Assembly: GCA_017617915.1 (NCBI GenBank)
Contig: JAFZVH010000042.1
Coordinates: forward strand, 1 to 45,348
Length of the DNA stretch: 45,348 nucleotides
Origin: Alphaproteobacteria bacterium
Lineage (GTDB): Bacteria > Pseudomonadota > Alphaproteobacteria > Rs-D84
Direction of reading: 5' to 3'
How positions within the stretch are numbered: the stretch's first letter is position 1; each line of letters opens with the position of its first letter. The notes below the pieces were generated by a model. It searched no databases, was not told the origin of the DNA, and saw only the letters and a list, made by a program, of their open reading frames with translations. Below are positions 27,055-34,824 of this stretch, piece by piece. A program made the position numbers and the translations under genes.

Positions 27055-27351
27055 ATGGATATAGAATATACAGAACTTACAAATGGAAATGGTTTTTGTG
27101 CGCGCCTGAATGGGCGACAAATTGGCGAAATAGACATTATCGCCGTTGGCTCGGACAGGCTTGTTATCGAATCAACCCAGATTGAACCAGAATATGAAAA
27201 CAGTGACCTGTGTCGCAACCTTGTGCGATGTGTGGCAGAATTTGCGCGCGCCACCCACAGAAAAATTCTATCTATGTGTCCACGCGCGCAATCCATCTTT
27301 AATCGCTATGCGGAATTTGATGATGTGCGCCTAATCCGCGTTGCAGCCTAG
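27055..27351 (+). CDS. Small GNAT acetyltransferase (YjdJ-like)
   Basis: About 98 aa; IESTQIEPEY...KILSMCP resembles the H-T-x-V...KIxPxCP family pattern. Confidence 0.7.
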   Translation: MDIEYTELTNGNGFCARLNGRQIGEIDIIAVGSDRLVIESTQIEPEYENSDLCRNLVRCVAEFARATHRKILSMCPRAQSIFNRYAEFDDVRLIRVAA

Positions 27352-27938
27352 GCCACATTCATATTATCAACAACGAATTTCCAGTCTATTAGGTGATTCA
27401 GAAATACATCGACAAAATCCGCACGCCGGTTTTTATAGTCCAGATAGTATGCGTGTTCCCACAGGTCTAAAACCAATGCTGGCTTTTGCCCATGTGCAAT
27501 GGGAGTGTTCGCGTTTTTAGTTGCAACTATTTCGAATTTGTTTTCGTTCGTATGCAGCAACCACACCCATCCAGAACCAAACACATCTGCGGCAACCGCC
27601 TTGAATTGTTTCATAAATTTTTCTTTGCCACCAAAGGCATTTGCAATTATGTCAGGCGTTTCATTGTTTCCCCGCCCCAAACAGTTGAAAAAGAAAACGT
27701 GATTATATACCTGCGCCGCGTTATTAAAAATTGTTTGCGCACCCGCATCGTTCACAGTCGCCAATATAATTTCGCGCAGGTCCATATCTGCAAACTTTGT
27801 ATCTGCAATCAGGTTATTTAAATTCGCTATATATGTCGTCAAATGCCGTCCATAATGGGTGCGCACAGTTTCCGCCGACATAAATGGTTCTAAATCTGTT
27901 TCGCGGAAAGGTAATGGATAATCGATAATGTTAAACAT
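27348..27938 (-). CDS. sodB: Superoxide dismutase, Fe type
   Basis: HYGRH, NNAAQVYNH, FGSGW, DLWEHAYY; the AAQ/NANTP residues are Fe-SOD-like. Confidence 0.93.
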   Translation of the reverse strand: MFNIIDYPLPFRETDLEPFMSAETVRTHYGRHLTTYIANLNNLIADTKFADMDLREIILATVNDAGAQTIFNNAAQVYNHVFFFNCLGRGNNETPDIIANAFGGKEKFMKQFKAVAADVFGSGWVWLLHTNENKFEIVATKNANTPIAHGQKPALVLDLWEHAYYLDYKNRRADFVDVFLNHLIDWKFVVDNMNVA

Positions 27939-28080
27939 TTTATATTTCTCCTTTGAAATTCATTTTACACAGGTCGTACATTCATCGCCACAGGAAAAAT
28001 AGTTTATTTTTTGTTAAAAATGACTTGCGAAATCGCATCAGATATTTCTATAATATAAATCACATATAAAAGGAGAAATT

Positions 28081-28674
28081 ATGAAAAAATTATTGGGTTT
28101 GATTTGTGCATTGGTTTGTGGTTCGGCGTTTGCCGCGGATATCACTTTGTATTATTCGCCTACATGCCCGCATTGCCATCATGCGCGTGATTTTATTTCA
28201 AACACTTTGGTTTATGAATATCCAGAATTAAAGGTGACGGCAGTTGATGTTACCAAAGAAGCCAATCAACCAGAATTTTTTGATACTTTGCAAAAGTGCA
28301 AATATGAATCCGGTGGCGTACCGGTTTTGGTCATCGGCGAAAAATGTTTCCAAGGCTATGGTGATTCTATGGCGGATTCTGTTCGCGCGGCGGTTGCGGT
28401 TGATTTAACTGACGAGGCCAAGGCAACGGCGGCGGCAAACAAAACCGAAATGGCCAAAGATGCAGAAACTTTTCGTGCGGCGCACGCGGAACGCGCGGCC
28501 GTAATAGTTGAACGCGAACCAGTTGTCACAGAACCCGCAACAAATGAATCTGTGGCCAAACCTGTGCAAAAAAAAACTAACAAAACAGACGACACTTGGG
28601 TCTTTTATGTAATTTTGGTGGCATTTACCGCGGGACTGGGGGGTGTACTGTTGCGCAAAGGTAATAAAAAATAA
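28081..28674 (+). CDS. Exported thioredoxin/glutaredoxin-fold protein with a C-terminal membrane anchor
   Basis: Signal peptide (AFA), CPHC active site, GVP cis-Pro loop, C-terminal TM plus basic tail. Confidence 0.85.
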   Translation: MKKLLGLICALVCGSAFAADITLYYSPTCPHCHHARDFISNTLVYEYPELKVTAVDVTKEANQPEFFDTLQKCKYESGGVPVLVIGEKCFQGYGDSMADSVRAAVAVDLTDEAKATAAANKTEMAKDAETFRAAHAERAAVIVEREPVVTEPATNESVAKPVQKKTNKTDDTWVFYVILVAFTAGLGGVLLRKGNKK

Positions 28675-28686
28675 CGGATAAAAGAT

Positions 28687-29427
28687 ATGCTGGATCTAAC
28701 TTGGGTTGATTATGCGTATGTTGGCGTGTTGATTGCATCTACGGTATGGGCAACGATTCGTGGCGGTGTTTATGAGACTATTGCAACGCTGTCATGGGTT
28801 ATTGCGGCGGTTGCAGCGCGCTTTTTATCGCCGATGTTGGACAAGTTGTTGCAAGGTTGGTTCGGTGTTTCTGAATCAACGGTCGGTACTTTGGTTGCGT
28901 CATATTTCATTGTGTTCTTTGTGATTTTGCTGATTGTCGGCTTTTTCAATCAGAAATTGCGGGATATGATACACGCCAGTATGATGAGTGTAACGGATCA
29001 CACCTTGGGCGTAATTTTCGGCATAGTACGCGGCGTAGTGGTTATGGGCATATGCTATTGGGCGGCGCTGTGGTATTTTTCAGACAGTCCGATGGTACCA
29101 AAATGGTTGACCGAGGCGCGCACGCGTCCAATCATGCAAATGACAGCGGTAAAGTTAGACGAATGGTTTATCCCAGGCGAAGAGAATAAATTATTAAAAC
29201 ACGATTTAGAGGGCACGCGCGAGGCGCAAAAGATATTCGACAACCTGATAAATCCGCGTGTGGTGGACAAGGCTGCGACAGTAAAGGCTGAGACCGGAAA
29301 CGCGCAAAAGCCAGATGACGAAACGGGTTATAAAAATTCTGAACGCAATTCATTGGAAAATCAACTGTTGCAAATAGAAAGCGTCGCCAAAGCGGTGGAG
29401 CAGCACGAAAAAGCGCAAAAAGAATAA
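28687..29427 (+). CDS. cvpA: CvpA family membrane protein
   Basis: WVD...IRGGVYE, DHTLGVIFGIVRG; 4 TM segments. Confidence 0.88.
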   Translation: MLDLTWVDYAYVGVLIASTVWATIRGGVYETIATLSWVIAAVAARFLSPMLDKLLQGWFGVSESTVGTLVASYFIVFFVILLIVGFFNQKLRDMIHASMMSVTDHTLGVIFGIVRGVVVMGICYWAALWYFSDSPMVPKWLTEARTRPIMQMTAVKLDEWFIPGEENKLLKHDLEGTREAQKIFDNLINPRVVDKAATVKAETGNAQKPDDETGYKNSERNSLENQLLQIESVAKAVEQHEKAQKE

Positions 29428-29430
29428 ATT

Positions 29431-29468
29431 AAAAAAATACCCCGCATTTATAGCGGGGTAATTTTTTT
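29431..29468. terminator. Bidirectional terminator
   Basis: aaaaaaa-taccccgc-atttata-gcggggta-attttttt. Confidence 0.8.
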
Positions 29469-30277
29469 TATTCATTATAACTGTGCATAGATATTGTTTT
29501 ATATTTTTCTTTGTCAGTAATTTTGTCGTATTCCGTTGATTTAGTACTTTTGTTGTACCATTCGCGAATAAGCATTTGGTGTCTGTGGTTATAGTACATA
29601 TAATTCCCATATGTTTCGTATTCTGAAAATGACGATGTTTGATTAAAATCCAAATTATCTAAAATTGCTTGATACCATTTTTTGTGTGTATGTTCTTCTA
29701 TCTTTGTTTTCATTTCTTGCAAAAAAGTCTTTTTGAACAACATATGATGTGCAACAAACGACAATCCAAATCTGTTATTCAACCCAAGTAATTTTTTATA
29801 TGCGGTAAAATAAGGTGTGTGATATTCGTTAGAACAATCGAATACCATTTTATCACGCTTTATAAAAAATTGTTGACGTGTAAATACCGTATCTGAATCG
29901 ATAACCAAAATGTATTCGTTCTTGCAAAACTGGTCGCAGTTCAATTTCAGTAATTGTTGAAAAATCCAGCCAGAACGATCCATTCCACAAGGTTTGTAAT
30001 CTATATCATGAATAGTTAAATCTAAAACAGTGTTTTCATCTATGAATTTACAATTATATTTTGCACAAAAATCTTTAATAAACTCGGATACTGGCGCAAC
30101 AATATAAATATTATCTATATGATGTTGAATATTGACCAGCGACGGTATAACCAATGATAATTTTGCTAAATCTTTATCTGTGGTCGGCACAACCACATCA
30201 ATATGACCACGTCGTTTAGAAGCAAAACACTTATCATAGAAAAACAAACTTCTTGATTTAATATATTTATGTTTCAT
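29468..30277 (-). CDS. GT-A fold glycosyltransferase-like protein (DUF6492-like)
   Basis: IDVVVP..KD, GWIFQQLLKL, IDSD (DxD), SEYETYG; ATG 30277 begins 2 bp after the GT11 stop. Confidence 0.75.
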   Translation of the reverse strand: MKHKYIKSRSLFFYDKCFASKRRGHIDVVVPTTDKDLAKLSLVIPSLVNIQHHIDNIYIVAPVSEFIKDFCAKYNCKFIDENTVLDLTIHDIDYKPCGMDRSGWIFQQLLKLNCDQFCKNEYILVIDSDTVFTRQQFFIKRDKMVFDCSNEYHTPYFTAYKKLLGLNNRFGLSFVAHHMLFKKTFLQEMKTKIEEHTHKKWYQAILDNLDFNQTSSFSEYETYGNYMYYNHRHQMLIREWYNKSTKSTEYDKITDKEKYKTISMHSYNE

Positions 30278-30279
30278 AT

Positions 30280-31089
30280 CTATATCCTTTGCCATTCTTG
30301 TGGAACAATATCTGTGGCAGTACCATCTGCAAACCATCGCAGCGGTGCAATTACAATTTTAGCTGGATTTTGATTCAGCCACGCACCCCACCAAGAAAAA
30401 CTGCTGTTCGCGATAATGTTATGTTTGCATTGCATCATCAGGTACATATCCCACGCGCTGTCGCGCCCATGATTTATATCAACAACAGTATATGGAAAAT
30501 CTATTTTCAGGTTTTCAAGAACCCATTCTGTATCATCCGAAAAAATAAAAAAGTGCGGTTTTCGTATTTTATTTGCGATATATTCTATGCCACGTTTGTA
30601 ATAGTCTAAATCACACAGACCATGTACTTGCTGTAATTTAACATAATCGCCACGACGAATATGCAATGACACGCTATTTGTTGTATGAATCAGGTCTAAT
30701 ATTTTCTTGTTCGCCGCATTCGGGTTATTTCTCGGGGTAAAATCCTGTAATAATTGTGCGCGTACAGGTCCGTAATATTTCGCCACCTGAAAATAGCCCT
30801 GAATTACACCGCTTTTAATTTTTAATAATTCTGGGTTATAAATATTTGCTGGATGTTCAATAATTTTTTTGACTTTGATAAAACCCAAAATGCGTGTCTT
30901 GGGTTTGTTCGTTAACCTAGGGTTTATATTCCAAAAGTCTAATTCATATTCACGCGGTGTAATATTCTTGTTGTTCCGACATTTATCAAACCAAGATGTG
31001 TCATAGCATACATCCGCCCCCAGCAACACACCAAACGCATACTGGAACATCTGATTACCAAGTCCACCCATCAACCTGAGGGTTTTCAT
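30280..31089 (-). CDS. Alpha-1,2-fucosyltransferase (GT11)
   Basis: GGLGNQMFQYA, GYFQ, HIRRGDY, FSDD, NSSFSWW motifs. Confidence 0.93.
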   Translation of the reverse strand: MKTLRLMGGLGNQMFQYAFGVLLGADVCYDTSWFDKCRNNKNITPREYELDFWNINPRLTNKPKTRILGFIKVKKIIEHPANIYNPELLKIKSGVIQGYFQVAKYYGPVRAQLLQDFTPRNNPNAANKKILDLIHTTNSVSLHIRRGDYVKLQQVHGLCDLDYYKRGIEYIANKIRKPHFFIFSDDTEWVLENLKIDFPYTVVDINHGRDSAWDMYLMMQCKHNIIANSSFSWWGAWLNQNPAKIVIAPLRWFADGTATDIVPQEWQRI

Positions 31090-31093
31090 CTTT

Positions 31094-31930
31094 TTAACTC
31101 CTCACATATTTAGCGCGAAAATTGTGGCGCGCGTGACGGCTGAAAATAAACAAACAACACAGCCGCCCAAACCATTTTGGCAAAAAGATTCCTGAACCAG
31201 GCTTGTGCAAAATCATTTGTTGGATTGCATTGTCATCAGTCAATTTATTTAACACATTTTGTTGCACTTGCCTGGTCAGTTCTTGTTGACGATGTGCATG
31301 CTCGATAGAAATGTTGTTGCCATGCCATCTGTACTTTAACAGCACTTCTGGTAAATTATGAATTTCTGTCACAAACACCATACGCGACCACAATTCAAAG
31401 TCTTCGGCATACTTATATTTCTCATCATAATGAAATTTATATTTATCCACAACGGCGCGCTTTAACATAACAGTTGGATGACCAACATGTTGAACCTTTA
31501 CAATATTACAGATTTTGACGCATTCATGGTTACGAATAATTTTATCAGACTTGCCAAAACATTTAAACCAAGTTCCTAAAACGCCGCATTCAGGATGCGA
31601 TTCCATATATTGAATTTGCCGTTCAAAACGTGTCGGCAATGAAATATCATCACTGTCCATTCTTGCGATATATTCACCTTTGGCCAAATCCAGCCCTTGA
31701 TTCAGCACACTAACAATACCCCTGTTATCTTTGTTGTTAATAAATTTGATTCTTTTATCTTTATTTGCATATTGCAAAACAATTTTTGCAGTATCGTCCA
31801 TTGAACCATCATTTATGATAATAAATTCAAAATCAGTAAATGTCTGATTTAATATAGATTCAATCGCTTCGCCTATATACTTTTCAGAATTATATGCAGG
31901 CATTACAACAGATATGCGTGGCGTTTTCAT
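31094..31930 (-). CDS. Glycosyltransferase family 2
   Basis: SVVMPAYN, NDGSMD, ARMDSDD, HPTV, AEDFELW. Confidence 0.93.
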   Translation of the reverse strand: MKTPRISVVMPAYNSEKYIGEAIESILNQTFTDFEFIIINDGSMDDTAKIVLQYANKDKRIKFINNKDNRGIVSVLNQGLDLAKGEYIARMDSDDISLPTRFERQIQYMESHPECGVLGTWFKCFGKSDKIIRNHECVKICNIVKVQHVGHPTVMLKRAVVDKYKFHYDEKYKYAEDFELWSRMVFVTEIHNLPEVLLKYRWHGNNISIEHAHRQQELTRQVQQNVLNKLTDDNAIQQMILHKPGSGIFLPKWFGRLCCLFIFSRHARHNFRAKYVRS

Positions 31931-31951
31931 TGTTTTTCTCCATTCAGGGGT

Positions 31952-31980
31952 ATTTTACCCGTTCGACCTGTAAAGTGCAA
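31952..31980 (-). promoter_or_regulatory. sigma70 promoter of the glycosyltransferase cassette
   Basis: TTGCAC-17 bp-TAAAAT on the minus strand, followed by SD GGAG. Confidence 0.6.
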
Positions 31981-31983
31981 TAC

Positions 31984-32006
31984 AAAAAACCGCGGATGCC
32001 CGCGGT
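31984..32006 (-). terminator. Terminator of tRNA-Thr
   Basis: accgcgg-gcat-ccgcggt with a U tail on the minus strand. Confidence 0.75.
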
Positions 32007-32012
32007 AATTTC

Positions 32013-32088
32013 TGGTGCCAGTTGTCGGACTTGAACCAACGACCCTCTGATTACAAATCAGATGCTCTACCAACTGAGCTAAACTGGC
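32013..32088 (-). tRNA. tRNA-Thr(TGT)
   Basis: GCCAGTT/AACTGGC acceptor stem, anticodon loop TTTGTAA, GGTTCAAGTCC T-arm, CCA. Confidence 0.97.
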
Positions 32089-32193
32089 GACGCCCCACAA
32101 TTATACATATTCGCAAAGTCAAAGCAAGAAAAAAGTTTCAAATTTTAAAATAAATCTTGAATTTATCCGGTTCTGGTTTAGTATTAAACCGAA

Positions 32194-33438
32194 ATGATAA
32201 AATTACCTGAACTTTTGGCGCCAGCGGGGACTTTGGACGCGTTTAAAACCGCCATTCTTTATGGTGCAGATGCAATTTATGCTGGGCTGCCTGGGTTTTC
32301 TATGCGGGCGCGCGCTAAAATAACGCCAGATGAAGTAAAAACTGGCATAGACTTGGCACATGCCGCGGGCAAAAAAGTTTATCTGGCATTTAATCTGTTT
32401 GCGCATGACGGCGAATATGCAAATTTGCCACGCGTGTCAGAAATGATTCGATATTTGAATCCTGATGCGCTGATTGTATCTGACCCAGGCGTTTTGATGT
32501 GGGTACGCGAAAATCACCCCAACATACCTGTTCACATATCAACACAGGCAAATATATGTTCGGCGGCATCGGTCAAGTTCTGGCAAAACGCAGGGGCATC
32601 ACTGTGCGTGTTGGCGCGTGAAGTATCACATAATGAGTTTATTAGCATCCGCAAAAAATGCCCTGATATAAAACTTGAAATTTTTGTTCATGGCGCAATG
32701 TGTATGTCGTATTCTGGGCGTTGCTTGCTGTCGAACTTTATAACTGGGCGGCCTGCAAATCGCGGCGCATGTGCACAACTGTGTCGGTGGAAATACGATG
32801 TAATTTTGCGCGAATGTGAAACGGGTATCGAAATGCCGATATCCGAAGACAATCGTGGCGCATATATTATGAACAGCAAAGATTTGTGTCTGATGCCCCG
32901 GTTGGGCGAAGTTATTGCGGCCGGCCCTGATTCGCTGAAAATCGAGGGTCGCAACCGCAGTGAATATTATGTGGGCAGTGTTGTGCACGCATACAGATGC
33001 GCAATGGACGCATATGCGCGCGATCCCAAACGTTTTGACCCCGCGCCTTATATGGAAATGTTGAATGTATTAGAATCGCGCGGGTACACAACGGCGTTTT
33101 TTGATGGGCCCCTGCCCCCAGATGCGCACAATTACGATTCGGCGCGGTCAATTTCAGACTACCACGCTGCAGGTGTTATCACAAATGTTGCCGATGATGG
33201 TTTTATAATGGAACTGCGCAATGAAATAAAACCAGATACGGAAATTGTTTTTGTTTTACCAAATGTAATGAATAGTGCCCCAACAAAACTTGCACAAATT
33301 ATTGACGCTAAAACACGCGCTGTATTACCTAAAATGTCTGCGGGGCAAAACAATTCAATATTTATTCCACGTGCATGGGTTGCCCAAGAAATTGCGGACA
33401 AAATTGTGCCATTGGTATTGGCATACAAGCATAAATAA
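32194..33438 (+). CDS. U32 peptidase-family protein (TrhP/YegQ-like tRNA hydroxylation candidate)
   Basis: ELLAPAG, GADAIY, HISTQ, FVHGAMCMSYSGRC, NRGACAQLCR, SKDL, KIEGR. Confidence 0.9.
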   Translation: MIKLPELLAPAGTLDAFKTAILYGADAIYAGLPGFSMRARAKITPDEVKTGIDLAHAAGKKVYLAFNLFAHDGEYANLPRVSEMIRYLNPDALIVSDPGVLMWVRENHPNIPVHISTQANICSAASVKFWQNAGASLCVLAREVSHNEFISIRKKCPDIKLEIFVHGAMCMSYSGRCLLSNFITGRPANRGACAQLCRWKYDVILRECETGIEMPISEDNRGAYIMNSKDLCLMPRLGEVIAAGPDSLKIEGRNRSEYYVGSVVHAYRCAMDAYARDPKRFDPAPYMEMLNVLESRGYTTAFFDGPLPPDAHNYDSARSISDYHAAGVITNVADDGFIMELRNEIKPDTEIVFVLPNVMNSAPTKLAQIIDAKTRAVLPKMSAGQNNSIFIPRAWVAQEIADKIVPLVLAYKHK

Positions 33439-33448
33439 TGTCGAAAAA

Positions 33449-34504
33449 TTACTGTAATTCTGCGCGGATGTTTGCCAGCGTCGCCGCGCGTGCACGAATA
33501 ATATCGTTCAAATCATTTTTCGCCAAATCAGACGCATACTGTATCGCGTTCGCGAATGCCAGCGCATCCGAATTGCCATGCGTTTTTACCGCAAAACCTT
33601 TCAGCCCCAAAAATGTTGCGCCCGCATACGAACGCGGATCTATTTTGTGTTTCAGTCTTTTGAAAACATGAACCAAAAAGAACGCACCAATTATCGCCCA
33701 TACAGATTTCTTCATATTTTCGGTAATGACGCGTTTAATCAACTTTGCAGTGCCTTCGACCGTCTTTAATACAATATTGCCGGTAAAGCCGTCGGTTACA
33801 ACAACCTGAACGCGACCGGCACTGATATCATTTGCCTCGACAAAACCAAGATATTCATATGGCAACTGGTCGCGATGTGCGGTTAAAACCTTATTCAACT
33901 CTTGCAGTGTTTCATTGCCCTTGGTTTCTTCTTCGCCAATATTCAACACGCCAAGTTTAGGACGCGGCATTTTGCCAATTACTTCCGCATATACGCCGCC
34001 CAAAATTGCAAAGTCGAACAAATCACCCGCATCACATTTTACATTTGCACCTAAATCCAGTACCACCACGCGTGAATCACCCGCACCCGATGGCAACATA
34101 GTTGTTATCGCCGGACGCGAGATACCCTCAACCGTTTTTAATGCCAACTTGGACAGCGACATCAGAACGCCAGTGTTTCCCGCGCTGACCACCGCAGTAG
34201 AATTTCCTTCACGAACATCTTTTATCGCCATATACATCGAAGTATCCGTTGCATGGCGAATAACATCGCGAATCTTGTCTGTGCCACGAATGACATCAGG
34301 CGCATGAATCAACGTGCAATTACGCGCGACACGCGGATAGCGCGCCAACATTTTACGCAAAACCTTTTCATCGCCAAATATACGGAAAAAAGTATTTGAA
34401 TCTGCGTGTTGATACAAGAACTGGTTCACACCACCAAGAACCGCGGCCGGTCCTTTGTCGCCACCCATAGCATCTATTGCAATGATTCTTTTATCGTCTG
34501 ACAT
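33449..34504 (-). CDS. plsX: Phosphate acyltransferase PlsX
   Basis: IDAMGGD, SAGNTG, LDLGAN, NIGEEETKG, DGFTGN, KTHG. Confidence 0.96.
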   Translation of the reverse strand: MSDDKRIIAIDAMGGDKGPAAVLGGVNQFLYQHADSNTFFRIFGDEKVLRKMLARYPRVARNCTLIHAPDVIRGTDKIRDVIRHATDTSMYMAIKDVREGNSTAVVSAGNTGVLMSLSKLALKTVEGISRPAITTMLPSGAGDSRVVVLDLGANVKCDAGDLFDFAILGGVYAEVIGKMPRPKLGVLNIGEEETKGNETLQELNKVLTAHRDQLPYEYLGFVEANDISAGRVQVVVTDGFTGNIVLKTVEGTAKLIKRVITENMKKSVWAIIGAFFLVHVFKRLKHKIDPRSYAGATFLGLKGFAVKTHGNSDALAFANAIQYASDLAKNDLNDIIRARAATLANIRAELQ

Positions 34505-34576
34505 TGTGCACTAAAAATGCAGAAAGGCACAAATCAAATTTATTCGTGCCGTATCTGCCATATATCTACCATTTAA

Positions 34577-34726
34577 TTATTTTGCACCGCATGCAGGGCA
34601 AATATGATGTGGGCGTTTCTTTTCGCCACATGTTTTGCAAACGCCGCATGGCATAGCAGACAAAGCATCGTGTGAACGACGTTGTGCACTGCGTGCTTTA
34701 CTTGTTTTACTTCTTGGAACTGCCAT
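34577..34726 (-). CDS. rpmF: 50S ribosomal protein L32, Zn-binding C+ type, 49 aa (not in the ORF track)
   Basis: MAVPRSKTSKARSAQRRSHDAL...CKTCG...PHHICPACG; directly upstream of plsX. Confidence 0.95.
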   Translation of the reverse strand: MAVPRSKTSKARSAQRRSHDALSAMPCGVCKTCGEKKRPHHICPACGAK

Positions 34727-34789
34727 TTTTTATCCTTTTTATTTTATGCGTTATATTCTATTACAATCTTGGGCTTTTGCAAGGAAAAC

Positions 34790-34817
34790 TTGCGCCGACC
34801 GAAATATGTCGGCGCAA
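34790..34817 (-). terminator. Terminator after rpoC
   Basis: ttgcgccgac/gtcggcgcaa 10-bp stem, followed by GUUUU on the minus strand. Confidence 0.7.
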
Positions 34818-34824
34818 ATAAACT

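Noticed and set aside
29431-32013. Intact integrative element at tRNA-Thr or tRNA-Arg
   Set aside because: No integrase and no duplicated tRNA 3' end found
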